Positions 12,841 through 26,310 are shown, numbered from the whole stretch's first letter. The stretch: 63,747 bases of DNA, filler included, from Folioceros fuciformis (GCA_049999805.1; 6 parts of 6 records of this genome joined end to end with filler, not necessarily neighbours in it); one strand, 5' to 3'. Numbers and translations: made by a program. Notes: generated by a model from the sequence alone, not told the origin.

Positions 12841-13391
12841 CCGGTGCAGGCGGTGCAAGATCGGCGTAGGAGGTGCTGCAAGAGGCAGCAAGAGTGCACA
12901 CCAGAAGCTAGAGCAGCTACGAGAAGTTGGAGCAGCTTGGAGGGAGATCGGCAGCAAGCGTCCCGACAGCTAACTCTCATATCGGTGTGTGCAGGAAGTG
13001 AGGAGAAGGGCGACAAGGCCTTGTCAACTTATTGGACTAGCTGTTGATCCCCAGAGCTCTGTGGAAGGGCTGACAAGTGGAGGCAACAGCTGCAATAGCC
13101 TCAGCAGCTGCAAGAAAGTGTGCTAACCCTAGCTTGGCAGCAGGGAAGGAATTGACAGGAAATCTCACGGGAGCTTTGTGGGTAGACAGTCAAGAGTCTG
13201 TAAGGACATGGAGCATGAGACAATCTGGTTCACGCAAGGCAGCGTGATTCCGCACCAGATTGCTCTTAGGAAGAAGAGACTTAAGGTCTTGTGAGTAAAA
13301 CTCTAGTCAGAAGCAGTCTGGTTCTTTCAGACATTTATCAGGTGTGAGTACTCAAGAAAGGATTGAGTGTCAACCTTGAGTGGTGGCAAGA

Positions 13392-16266
13392 ATGGCCAGT
13401 GACAGTATTAACCAGATCGTACAGGAGAAGCTGGACAAAAACAACTTCCATGCCTGGAAGTTTCGTTTTACAAACTTTCTTATGGGAAAGGGTTATTGGG
13501 ACTACATTGAGGGGGAGCATGAAAAACCCCCTGTAGTACTTGAACGGAATGCAACAGCGGAGCAGATTAAGGCGCTGAAGGATTGGAGTCAAGGATCTCG
13601 GAAGGTCATGTATTGGCTGTCAATCAGCATTCATGACACCATGATTGGGCACATACAGGATGCAGAGTCGCCCAAAGAAGCATGGGATAAGTTGGTAAAA
13701 CTCTATGAGACTAACACGAAGGTGAGAAAACTGCAGTTGAAAAATGACTTCAACACAGTTATGAAGAAGAACTTATCAATCAATGAGTACGCGTTAAAGA
13801 TCAAAGGGATAGTGGAATCCCTTGCGTCCATTGGTGTCAGTGTGGAAGATGATGACAAGGTCGAAGTTTGCTTGCGCGGGTAAACACCTGCCTACAAGCA
13901 GTTCAAGACTTCCATACAGACTCGGGAAAACATTCCCAATTTCTCAGACCTGATTTCTATGTTGATCATAGAGGAGAAAAACCTAGGCGAGGAATCATCC
14001 TCTAAGCCTAAGGAAAACTCTGAGCAGGCCTTCTACTCTGGCAGAGGCAGAGGTAGAGCCCCAGGTGGCAGAGGGCAAAGAGGTGGTAGAGGTCGGAATC
14101 CCTACCAAAATCAACAACAGAATCAGGAGTCCCAGTGCAAGAGTACACGTGGAAGAGGAGAAAATTCTCGAGGCTGGGGGAGTCAAAGAGGACGTGGACA
14201 TCAACAACAAAATGATGCAAATGCAGACAATAGTGGTTGCTGGACTTGTGGTAGGTTAGACCACTTCGAAAGAGACTGTCCAAGGAGAAATCAAGGCAAC
14301 AGGAGACAGCAGAACAATTATGCCTCTAGCAGCAGTCAGAATGACTCAGAAAACTTGTTTGTCATGCAGCATATGCTTAACTCTGTGTCTGCTAATGGAT
14401 CCAACAATGGTGAGATTGTGTGGTATGTGGACTCAGGAGCTTCGAACCACATGACATGCCATGGGGAGTGGTTCAAAGAAATGCAAGTGCTTGACAAACC
14501 TGGATATGTAGAAACTGGAGATGACACAACACATGCAATTGTGCATACAGGAACTGTACCTCTGAAGATGCAGGATGGCAAAGTGAAGTGCCTGGTAGAT
14601 GTTCTTCACGTACCCAACATCACAAAGAACTTGGTGTCAATTGGGCAGATGGTTGAGCAAGGACTGCAGGTTAGATTTACACCTGCAGGACTCTTTGTTG
14701 AAGAGTGCAAGAAAGGCGGTCGCCTGATTGCTCAAGGACAGAAGGTTGGACGGATGTTCACCTTGAACGTGGAGGTTCCTAAGCTGAAGTCAACCATGTT
14801 TGCGAAGGGTACAAGGGTAGTGACAGACCTAGAGATGTGGCTCAAACGCATTGGACATGTAAATGTGCAGAAATTGAAGTCCATGCAGCATCAGAAGGTT
14901 GTCACAGGCATACCCAAGCTTACAGAAAATGGACTGCAAGGTATATGTGAAGCATGTCAACTTGGGAAACAGCCTAGGAATGCGTTCCCCCATGACAAAC
15001 ATGTCAGCAGATATGTGTTGGATGTTGTGCATTCAGATGTATGGGGTCCTACACAGACTGCATCAATCGGAGGCTGCAAGTACTATGTGACCTTCATTGA
15101 CGACCACACAAGGAAGGTGTGGGTCTATTTCATGAAAGAAAAAAGTGAAGTGATCACTCATTTTCATACTTTCAAGGCGATGGTTGAGAAGCAGACAGGT
15201 AGGCACATCAAATGCCTAAGATCTCATGGAGGGGGAGAGTACTTCTCCAGAGAGTTCAGCAAATTCTTATCAGAACAGGGCATTCAACGGCAGTACTCAT
15301 GTTGTTATACGCCACAACAAAATGGAGTTGCAGAGCGCAAGAACAGGCACATAGCAGAAGTGGCGAGAGCATTGATGACAGAGAAGAAGATGCCTCACTA
15401 CTATTGGGCTGAAGCTGTAAGCACAGCAGTGTACATCATGAACAGAACTCCCACAGCAGCGGTGCACAGTGTAACACCGGAGGAGAAGTTCACAGGGAAG
15501 AAACCGGACTTGTCACACTTAAAGGTATTTGGTTGCATTGCTTATGTCCATATTCCGGATGAGTTGCGGACTAAGCTTGATCCAAAAGCAGAAAAGTGTG
15601 TCTTCATTGGGTATTCTGTTACACAGAAAGGATACAGGTGCTACAATCCCAGTACACGGACTATGAGAGTAAGCAGAGACGTAGTCTTTGATGAAATGGG
15701 TAGCTGATACTTTGAAGTACAAGGAAGTAGTGTAGCTGATGTGCTTGAAACTGAGGTAACAAGCAATGCAGGTCAACAATCACAAGTGTTGAGTGGACCG
15801 CAAGCGTCATCAAACTCGACAAATGTTCAGAATCCATGGAGTGGCAGGTTGCGAGGTAGTGTGAGTCCTACGAGCTCCACAGCTGTGTCTCGCAAAGGGA
15901 AGGAAAAAGTCCAGGATTCAAAGATACCAGACCTAAGTGCAGGTGCGGATGATTCAAGCGACTCTGAGCAGAGCTTGGATGAGGAATTCGGTGTACCGAA
16001 AATCGAAACACCTGGTGCAAAAGAGGTTCAATCAGCCCCTGGAAGTGGTTCAATCCCACGGAGATCTGGAAGGCAAAAGGTTCCAATACAGCGGTTGACC
16101 TATGATAGCTATGTAGCTAGGCACCATGCCTATATGGCAAAGGTTGTACAGGATGTGGAACCAAGAAGCTTTGAAGAAGCTATTGGAGACACAAAGTGGG
16201 AACATGCTATGGATGAAGAAATGAATGCGTTAAATCAGAATGCAACATGGGACCTAGTACAACTAC
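13392..16266 (+). pseudogene. Near-intact Ty1/copia gag-pol (gag, zinc knuckle, protease, integrase, start of RT), runs into gap
   Basis: ORFs 13380-13883, 13959-15707 and 15741- share one frame, broken by two nonsense codons; CWTCGRLDHFERDC, WYVDSGASNH, VHSDVWGP, QQNGVAERKNR. Confidence 0.95.
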
Positions 16267-16366
16267 NNNNNNNNNNNNNNNNNNNNNNNNNNNNNNNNNN
16301 NNNNNNNNNNTTAATTAATTAANNNNNNNNNNNNNNNNNNNNNNNNNNNNNNNNNNNNNNNNNNNN
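16267..16366. other. Artificial contig spacer (N44-TTAATTAATTAA-N44)
   Basis: Six-frame stop linker; identical spacers at 21555, 48797, 58981, 62140. Confidence 0.95.
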
Positions 16367-16825
16367 CAGGCTCGTCGTGAGATTGTTGGAGGTTGTGCCT
16401 CATACATATGGTTTTAATACATGTATGTTTTGTGTATTATGTGCATCCATGGCACAAGCATGCACAGCCTCGTTAGGTCTTCACCGGTACAGGACTCCCT
16501 CCGTGCAAAAGAACCAGTTGTCAACCTAACCCTGCAGTGATGCAATTCAGCGCATTCCGCCAAACATATACTTTCCATGCAGAACAATGTTTTCCAAGAA
16601 TGGGTCGACTCTAAACTTTGGCCAAGCCAACCACTTTGTTTACCGTATGAGAGAGACAGATGTCGAAGCACGCCATACATTGCCACTCAAACTATCTTGC
16701 TCCGGCCCAGGAAGTTGTTAAGCCTCAACAAATGGCTTGCTCGGAAGCAGAACGCACCAGCCATGATTTAGCGTAAGGCATGCTGTAGGGGTAGTCCTGA
16801 GAACGTAGATTCCCCACGTAGCGAT

Positions 16826-17010
16826 TGTAGGCGCAGCATAAGATTGTAGTCTTGTGTCAAGTTACACACGTTGTCATACGCGTAGGCGCATCATAAGATT
16901 GTAGTCTTGTGTCAAGCCTACGCATCATAAGATNNNNNNNNNNGTCTTGTGTCAAGCCTACGCATCATAAGATTGTAGTCTTGTGTCAAGTTAGACACGT
17001 TGTCATACAC
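16826..17010. repeat. Tandem repeats of GCATCATAAGATTGTAGTCTTGTGTCAAG in a probable copia 3' LTR
   Basis: About four copies around a 10-N gap; candidate LTR start TGATA at 17095(-) after purine tract AAATGGGAG. Confidence 0.7.
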
Positions 17011-17329
17011 GTCGGACAGACGATTACCAACCGTAAACTCCTAACCTAAGACCTGTATACCTAACCTACATTAGGGTTAGACATACGTATTATCACTCCC
17101 ATTTAGGTCTAGAGTTAGTGAGTGTATAATGGTTATAGTTGTATAGTTGTTTGTTTATTTATTCACTGAAGAAACGTAAACCTAACTAGTGAAACGTAAG
17201 ATCTAACTAAAGAAACTTCGATGCCAGGAAAGAAACTCGTGAGTCCCTAAACTAGTGTCGCCAATCCTTCAGTCTTCATCGCTTCGGCTTGTTCTTCGAT
17301 CCGTTAGTGTTGCGCTCCACCTGAGAGGT

Positions 17330-17920
17330 CCACCAATTGCTCGCAGTCCCATGTTGTTGGCGTGTTGATAGTGCTTGATGCGCCCAATTGCCTTCGCCAA
17401 TATGTCTGCGATCATCATCTCTGTGGCGCAATATGAGAGTCTTACCAAACCTTAAGCAACGGTCTGCCGGATGTAGTGATGTTCGATCTCGATGTGTTTC
17501 GTCCTGGTATGGAAGCGTGGATTCATTGTTAGCGCTATTGCGCTCTGGTTGTCACACTGTAGATTGATTGGAAGCTCCTGCTAGATGCCAAGCTTCCTTA
17601 ATGCTCCCACTGACCAGGTAAGCTCCTTGTAGGCCTCCGTTAAGCTTTTGTACTATGCTTCAGTTGATGATAGGGCGATTGTAGCTTGCTTCCTGCTACT
17701 CCATGAGATGGCACCTCCTACCAGAATTGTGACGTAGCTAGAAATGCTCTTACGACTGTCTGAGTCGCCTGCCCAGTCAACGTCACTATAAGCTTGCAGG
17801 TGTAGTGCCTTCTTTGCCTTTGTGCTGTATAGGATTCCCCAAGTTGCAGTTCTAGAAATATATCGGAGGACCCTTGTCATTAGGTCTTCGTGAGATTTGT
17901 TGGGGTGAGAGACAAACTCC
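17330..17920 (-). pseudogene. Degenerate Ty1/copia RT end and RNase H
   Basis: AYSDVDWAGD, IALSSTEA, CDNQSAI, RTKHIEIEHHYIR, MIADILAK; in-frame stops. Confidence 0.9.
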
Positions 17921-18705
17921 GGTCTCATCGTGACCAGTCACTCACACACATCACATCTCGTGCACCCCACACACATTACACACNNNNNNNNNNNNNNNNN
18001 NNNNNNNNNNNNNNNNNNNNNNNNNNNNNNNNNNNNNNNNNNNNNNNNNNNNNNNNNNNNNNNNNNNNNNNNNNNNNNNNNNNCAAGTGCACGCCGCGCT
18101 CTCCTTTCTCTGGTTCTTCAGTCTTCTTTCTCCGCGATGCCCCCTCCTGGGCTCCAATTAACGTTGAGGAATGGTGAGGCACCGGAGCTAAGGGAAGGGG
18201 AGTCCCTTCCGCTCCACACTCGCGGATTCGGCTCCGACACCCACACCACCCCACGTGACCACCTCGAGGATAGCTGGGGAGCTTCTCTCCCACTCGGCGA
18301 GGCTCCTCCCCCTGATTCGTCCCCGGACCTGATCACGGAGTGCCCACCACCGACACCCGCACCCCTGGTTACTACGTGCGCTTGCTTGCCTGGACCTCCT
18401 GTCCAGCAACGGCCATCGCTAGGTCCCAGGGGCAAGGTTGACTGTTCAGCTGGTGCTTGCTGATTCCTTAGGCCTCCAAACCGGGCTCTTATACACGGTG
18501 ATGGCAGTTTTTCCGCCATAAAGTCTGTCAGGCAGGGGAGCTGCACTCTTAAATCCTGAGCAACTTAGGTTCAAATAAAGCACGCTAAAAAAAATCCTAT
18601 TCTAGCCTGCATTTACTGTCGCTGTTTCCCACGCCGCTGGCGGCTTCCTCCTGGCCTTCGCGTGTCGCCCCTTGCTGTTCCTCCTCTCGCTCTTCTGCCC
18701 CTCCG

Positions 18706-21302
18706 TTAGTTCGGCAGATCCTCCCAGAAGATCTCCACATCACTGCTGCTGCTGCTGGACCTGGCTGGCAGCGCATGTGGGTCCCGCTGCTGTGGTCCAC
18801 CACCCCTCCTCCTTCTTTGGTTGCTAAGGACAGCCACAGGCCCCTGTTCTACCCAGCGCTGGGCCTCCTCTTCCGTCTGTTCCTCCAGAACTGCCTCCGC
18901 ATAACAGTGGGGCAGTCCTGTCACCCACCATCTATAGTGGTAGAGTCCCAGGCGCGTCCTCAACTGTAGGACGTTGCCCCGCGTCCCTCCTATGCCCATA
19001 CGTACATATAGAAACAGCTTCAGAACTTTGGCCCCTTCTACATACAGGCCTGGCACATAGGAGGCCTCCTCCTCATACTGCAGCACAATCCGACCTTCTA
19101 TCATAACAGAGGTGCTTACCCCGTCCTCCCTTGGGCTACCTCGGGTTGCCTGCTCCCCCTCTTGCTGGGGTACCTGAAGGTTCTCTGCCTACCCAGTTGT
19201 TGCCTCCTCCAGCTCTATCCTCCTGGTACGGGTCACCCTCCTGGAGCACCTAGGGGCAGGCGCCCCTACTACTTCCTCCCTCGTTTCCAGGGTTGGTTCT
19301 TCCGCTATCCTGGGCCTTGCTGGGCCACCGGTAGCCCCGTCGGCTACCCGACTACTGGTAGTCTCGTGGACTACCGGACTACCGGTAGTCCCCTCAACTA
19401 TCGTTCCCCTGGTTCGGCTACCGGTAGCCCCTTCTGCTACCGGGGGCACCAACTGACTCGGTCGCCCAGCCTTGCTCTTCCCCTTCACTCTCTCTCTGGC
19501 CTCATCCCGCTCCCTCTTGTATCTGTCAGCCAACTTCTAAGCCTGCTCCACAGCGGCTATCTCCATCTCCTGTGCCCTAGCCATTTCCTATTGCATTTCC
19601 AGGTTAGTCTCGTGAGCCTCCCTCACCTGAGCTAGCAAGGTCCCCTGTTGCTCTTTCAGCGCCTGCACTTCAGCCCTCGCCTCGCGCGCCTCTTCCTCAG
19701 CTTGAGCCTTCTCCCTGTCCAGGACCCGCTGCTTCTCCTCCAGCAGTTGCCGCGCCGTCTCTGACTCGGCCAGTTGCTTCCTTGTTTCCGCCTCTCGCTC
19801 ACGAGCCTTCTCCTCCTTTCCCCAAGCCTGGGCCTCTCGCTCCGCTTGTACACTTAACCAGGTCAGGGCCCTAGCAGCCTGATCCAGGAGGTCTGCTTGG
19901 GCCTGTACCATCGAAGCAGTCAGCCCGGGTAGGTCCACCTCCTGCACCCCTCCTGTGCCCATTCCTCTCGCCGTGATTTGTCTGCCCAGGAATTCTCGCA
20001 ACTTGTCTAGGTCCCCAACTTGTCTCTTTGAGGCCTGCACCTGAAAATGTCCTTCCACCTTAAGGAACCCTCCTGTGCTGAAGCGTGCCCTAACTTATCC
20101 TCCTGTCTTGAGGAAACTGTGTCGGTTGCCATCACCTGATCCGGTGGCTCCTCGGGTCTTGTCCCACCCTGATCTTGTTCCTCCAACCTTCGGTTCTTGA
20201 TTCCCTGGACAGTTGGTTCTCGTTCTGCCTCCTGCTGACCTGTCTACTCCAGGGCTGTTCCCCCTTCCTCCTGATCAGCCCCCATGCTCACACTTTGTCC
20301 TCTAATCCTTTTCCTCCTGGCAGGAACCTTCTTTTGTGGGGCCACCCTCTTCCTGGGCTTGACTGGGGTTTCCTCCTGCGAGCTATTCCCACTATCAGCT
20401 TCCCAACAGCTGGAGGCAGCCCTTGCTGACTCAGCGGGCTTCCACTTCACATCACGAACTGCCTTCCACAGGTGCAGCGAGGCCAGCCTTTCTAGCTCAG
20501 TGACCAGGTTAGCGTGACTGTACACGTGGATTAGAAACGGGGAAATCATAGAAGGTTTAGGGGTGGGTTGGATCAGGTTCTGCCTCTCCCCATCCATCCG
20601 GGTGTATAAAATCCTTCCCCAGTCGATCCTTGTGCTCTTCACTACTTCATGCACAAATAGGAGCATCTGATTGGACAAATAATCCTGTTTGCGTACCCGG
20701 AAGAAGCTCAGGAACCACCTGGCCAATCCCAATAGCTGGGGACTTGCCATGTCGCGCACCAGCCACCTGTTCGCTTCCTTTCTCGTGCCTGCTTTGAGCA
20801 GTGTTTCCGCAGCTCCCGTTCCGCCACGCCTTTTCAGGGACTCCAGCACCAGTCCCCCTTCCTCCTGTTGGTCGCGCCCGTAGACCCTCCGGATCAACTC
20901 CAGGTTCCATTCCTGGGGTCTGCCTCTGATCCCCTCCTCGCGTATAGGCTCTATCAGCCTCAGGGCGCACTCCCTGACCAGTTGGGGTGCTGCATGGTTC
21001 CACTTCTGGGTCATAAAAGTCAGACCCAACTCTGCCACCAATTTTCCTGCCTTGACCCTCCAGTGCTCCATATTGGGCCACAGAAGCAGATCGATTTGGG
21101 GGACAGGAGGTCCCCCCTTCTGTTCAAAGGCTGCTGCTCCAGTAATCAGTTCAGGCCACGACCTCATCCTGCCTGTCCCCCTCCCCTCACGCTCGGGCTC
21201 GGAACTCTTCTGTCCTGGTCGCGCTCTGGCTCTTCCTTTGTTCGTCCAACTCTCTCCACCGCTCGCGCCTTGGAGGTCTTCCACTCCCCTGTGCCTACTC
21301 AA
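18706..21302 (-). pseudogene. Disrupted long accessory ORF, probably of a gypsy element: globular N-terminal domain, coiled coil, conserved C-terminal domain
   Basis: ORFs 19588-20058, 19189-19533 and 18706-19104 share a frame; 20244-21302 precedes them; C-terminal part homologous to 57797-58180. Confidence 0.6.
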
Positions 21303-21554
21303 CCCTTATGCCCTGCGCCGTCTGTCCCGTCGTCCTGGCGCTTTTTCCTTCCTCAGCCGCTTCACGCTTCAAGTTACTCCCACTCCCCGCGCTTCCGGAT
21401 GCTGGACAAAGCTCCCCCTTCTCTAGGGTTTTTATGCCCTGCCTACTTTCTCTCTTACCGCCCATCGGGCTACCACCAGTCGTCCCTCTGGCGACGGTTG
21501 CCCTGCCGGCTACCGTCGTCCTGGCCCTTATTTTTGCCTAAGTCCACCACTGGC

Positions 21555-21654
21555 NNNNNNNNNNNNNNNNNNNNNNNNNNNNNNNNNNNNNNNNNNNNTT
21601 AATTAATTAANNNNNNNNNNNNNNNNNNNNNNNNNNNNNNNNNNNNNNNNNNNN
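21555..21654. other. Artificial contig spacer
   Basis: N44-TTAATTAATTAA-N44. Confidence 0.95.
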
Positions 21655-22270
21655 TTGTAACAAAAGCATGCATGGTTTGTTATTGATTTGGTGGATTCTG
21701 TTAATCACGCAATTAGCATTAGGTTTCATGTTTGAGATGAAATGGAGTAACCTTAGAGCGGGAAAGAAGCCAGCTTTGAAGTTGCCCAGGTGTGAAGAGG
21801 GAAACCTCTGACCGGTTCAGTGGTCATTCAGGAGAACGGATCAGCTCGAATGCCGTCAACAAGAAGAAGAAGAAGAAAACGACTTCGGATCCCGACGATG
21901 GAGTTACGTGTCGAGGGGTAAAAAGGGCGGCATCGACGACCGGACGGCGCGAGGCCGAGGCCGAGGGCGAGGGGGGCGGCGACCGGGGTGGTGGAGAAGG
22001 ACAGGCCCCCGTGGTCAGAAAGGTGCGCCAGCGGCGTTGCCGGAGCAGAACAGTCTGGAAAAATCGGCACTGGTCTTGCGAGCCCCACACGCCTGCTGTG
22101 CTCTTGGCTGACTGCCAAGCCCGGCATGGCAGCACGGTCATCCTGCAAGGCTCATCATTCTGCTGCTCCCACCGTTGCCGCACTTGCGTGGCGTTCAGCC
22201 CAGCTACTTTGAGCAGCAGCAGCTTGGTCGTGTCGTGGGTGGCCGGGAATGCAATGCCACTTCCTCCGTC

Positions 22271-25200
22271 ATGCAGCTCACCATGAGACGTCTTTTGGCG
22301 CCAGACCGACAGCGGGACGTCTACAAGCGAGACGGATGTAACCGCGCACAGCCCGCCTGCGTCGACCTGCTCTACACTCCCCCTACTGCTGGTAGTACCG
22401 CGAAGCAGGTCGTTGATGTGGAGGAGCAATTCGAGACGCAATTACCTCCTCCGTCTAGGTGAGTTGTTTCCACCACTTTGCTTGTACACGTGCTATTGAT
22501 TGATTCATCCGACCGTAAATGCTTAGTGCCGTTCGGCCGCAGTCTTGTTGTCCTGGAAGTCGGATCCAGATCCGTGTGGTGGACTGGTGGTGTAGCCTGT
22601 CCTCCCCTCCGTCGTTTGAGCTGATTGGCTGACTGAGTGTCCGACTGCCCACTCCCCAGTCGTTTGCTGATGCTACGAATGCTGGCCCGCCGCAGCTGCA
22701 GCACTGCAGCTGCTCAATTCTGGTGCAGATCGTGCTCGAGCCGCTTCTAGCTTGCTCTGAGCCTCTTTCGCCTTGCCGTGTGGTCATGACGGTATGTGGC
22801 TGCAGCTCGTCGGTGTCCAAAGTGAAGGAGCCGTGTTTGGAACCCTACTTCAAGCCGGTGGATTACGTGGAAACGCTTGCGAAGATCCACGAGGAGCTGG
22901 AGACCGCGTCGGAGCAGAAGAAGGCGTCGCTGTACCTAGAGCAGTCCTTTGTGTTCAGGGGCTTGGGGGAGACCAAGCTCCTCAGGCGGAGCTTGCGATT
23001 CGCCTGCCAGCATGCAGTTACGGATCACGAGCGGGTCGTCTACGAGGCTTGGCTCAAGTATGAGAAGCGAGGGGAGGAGCTGGACGATGGCAGACCATCG
23101 TCCTGTTGCGGTAGCCCCAATTCCGACTTGGAGAGCCCCGCTCCTTCTCCTTCTCCTTCTCCCGAGGACTCGGAGCCTGACCTCTGGCTTAACGTGTCGT
23201 TTGACTATCTTTCTTTTGAAGATGTAGAGCATGAGCAGGAGGTGGATGTTTGGGATGATGCTTACTGGCCATGCCGGAGCTACTCGGAAGATGAGGGACA
23301 GCACCAGCCGCCTGAAAAGTGCTCCACCTCTTCCCCGTCGAGTTGCTCTGTGGATAACGACCTAGTCTTTTACCTCCATGGGGAACAGGTGGAGTGCAAT
23401 CGCCAAAAGATCGCCTCTCTGTCACTCCCCTTCCATGCCATGCTCAACGGCTGCTTTACCGAAGCGCGGAAGAAAGTCATCGACTTTTCTGACAATGGAA
23501 TCTCGGTAGCAGGGATGGAAGCGGTGGATGAGTTTAGCAAGACCGGCTTATTGCCATGCCTCCCTCCTCCTCTTTTGCTTGAACTGTTGCAGTTTGCCAG
23601 CAGGTTCTGTTGTGAATCACTCAAGGATGCATGCGATGAGAGGATAGCAGTCTTGATCCAAGATGTGTATTATGCTCATATATTTTTTCACTACGGTCTG
23701 GAGGAAGGTGCCCAAGCTTTGGTAGCTGCATGCTTGCAGGTATTCTTGCAGGATCTCCCTGGTTCCTTAGCTGATTCACAGTTTGTCGATCTGCTTGCCA
23801 GCGAGTATGTCAGGAAAAGGTTGACGAATGTGGGACAGTCCTCATTCGCTTTCTATGCACTTCTGAGTCATGCTGCCATAGAAGAGGATTTGGTGTCAGA
23901 TCTATCATTACTTTTTCTGCGGTGCTCGCTGGAATTTGCTGTCACTGAGCGGCAGAAGGCGTTCGCTTTTCACCAGCTTGGGTGTGCCCTGCTCGCTAGG
24001 AAGCAGTATACTGAAGCCGTGCACATGTTCCAAGGAGCAGTCCAGGAAGGACACACATATTCCCAAGCAGGTCTGGCCAGATTGAAGTGCCAATGGGGTC
24101 AGGGAGCTGAGGCTTACAAGGAGATTACGAGTGTCATTTCCACTCACAAGCCAGAGGGCTGGATGTATCAGGAGCGGTCTCTGTATTGTTATGGCAAGGA
24201 AAAGTTGATGGACTTGAAGGAAGCCACAGAGCTTGACCCAACCTTGACATTTCCGTACAGGTATAGAGCTGCTGCTTTCATGGATGAGCAGAACTTGACT
24301 GCTGCTATTGCCGAGGTCAACCAAATCTTGAGTTTTAAGGTCACCCCTGACTGCTTGGAAATGAGGGTATATTGTTGCCTGGCTCTCCAAGATTACCAAG
24401 GAGCGGTTAGGGATGTTCGTGCGTTGCTGACGCTGGACCCATCATACATGATGTATTCCGGGCGAGTGGGTGCCGTCCAATTACTTACCTTGCTGGATCA
24501 ACATGTGGAGAGATGGACCAAAGCTGATTGCTGGTTCCAGCTCTATGACCGATGGTCGTCTGTGGACGACATTGGTTCTCTGGCTGTAGTCCACCAAATG
24601 CTGGAGTCTGATCCGAGGAAGGGTCTTCTTTTCTTTCGCCAGTCCCTGCTTCTCCTCCGGTGAGCGATTCTACAGAACAGATGCGCATGCTGTCAGTTTA
24701 GTGTGTCTGCTGAATCATCTTATGTAGTGTCACTTTTACCTTCTGTGCTCACTTGTGGGAGCCTAAATCACGGTCGAAGTACTGATGCGAGGAGAACGTT
24801 GGCCATTGGGAATTTATATGCTGAGCATCAGATTACTCGTGTGTGTCTGTGCATCTACAGGTTAAACTGTCCGAAAGCAGCGATGCGAAGTCTTCGACTA
24901 GCTCGAGAGTATGCCAGCAGTAAGAGTGAAAGGCTTGTCTATGAAGGATGGATCCTTTATGATACTGGTCATCGGGAAGAAGCTCTGAAAAAGGCAGAGG
25001 AGTCTATCTCTATACAGCGGTCTTTTGAGGCCTTCTTTCTAAAGGCGTATGCACTAGCAGATACCAGCCTCGACCCCGAGTCGTCTGCAAAAGTAGTGGA
25101 GCTCCTAGAGGATGCACTCAAATGTCCCTCTGATGGCTTACGCAAGGGACAGGTACGTTGAGTTGCAATGAGCTTGGATTGGGAGATGGATAGTAGCACT

Positions 25201-25886
25201 TGTCTTATTTTGTCTTTTCCTTGTTGCAGGCACTGAACAACTTGGGCAGTGTATATGTGGATTGCCTGGAATATAGACTGGCAGCCGATTGCTACATGAG
25301 TGCTTTGGAAATTCGCCACACACGTGCTCATCAGGGACTAGCTCGTGTGCATTTCTTGGAAGGCAACAAGGAGTCCGCCCATGAAGAAATGACAAAGCTC
25401 ATCGAGAAGGCACAAAATAATGCATCAGCGTATGAGAAACGATCGGAGTACTGTGATCGGGATATGACCATGGCTGATCTCAAAATTGTGACGGAATTGG
25501 ATCCTTTGCGAACCTATCCTTACAGGTTTCGCGCAGCAGGTTGGTATCAGAACTTGTTTTGTTCAGTCGTTGCTTCTGGCATTTGTTTCTTGTGTGCAAT
25601 TTGTGAACTCTGTTATTTGCAGATCCAGGAACCTGTTCTTATGGGTTTGCTTTTCTTGATTGCAGTTTTGATGGATGGCCAGAGGGAAAAGGATGCCATC
25701 GCAGAGCTATCCAGGGCCATCGCTTTCAAAGCCGACTTGCAACTACTTCATCTTCGAGCTGCCTTTCATGAGTGCATCGGTGACATCAAAGGTGCAATAC
25801 GAGATTGTCGAGCAGCACTGTCGGTTGATCCAAATCATTTTGATACGCTGCAGCTGCATAGCCGAGTGCATAGCCGGGAGCCATAG
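22271..25886 (+). CDS. EOL1: ETHYLENE-OVERPRODUCER1-like BTB/TPR protein; exons ~22271-22458, 22806-24659, 24861-25152, 25230-25539, 25666-25886
   Basis: EPYFKPVDYVETLAKIHEELE, BTB region (LSLPFHAMLNGCFTE), LYDRWSSVDDIGSLAVVHQML, LNCPKAAMRSLRLAR, GLRKGQALNNLG; GT-AG introns join in frame; exon 1 is least certain. Confidence 0.92.
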
Positions 25887-26310
25887 GTATTAATTTTATG
25901 GGCGGGACCAAATTGTGGTCCCTTTGCACAACACTGGGAAATGGGTGTGCAGGACCAAGTTTGGTCCAGCCCATGACGGGAAGAGCTGGTATGCCTTTCC
26001 TTATTCGTTAGGATAGAATTGACGCGCTGTTTGATTTGTCCACTTGTGTTCTATACTTGATCCTTGGCGTCGGTTGTACCAAACTGGAGTGTTGCAAGCT
26101 GGATACTCTGTTCCTTCCTTGGGTGCGTGGTAACATGAACTCAATATTGCGTCCCCGAGTTGACAGCGAGATTACCGTTGGACGTCGGTGTGAACGTCTA
26201 GAGCGGAGCTGATGCCTGGTAGACGCTGCCAAAAACTGTTTAATCGTACTGACCTTTGGTCGTTGTGGTACTTGGGGGCTGGGTCTGGCATGAGTGTGCA
26301 GTCGTTTGAT

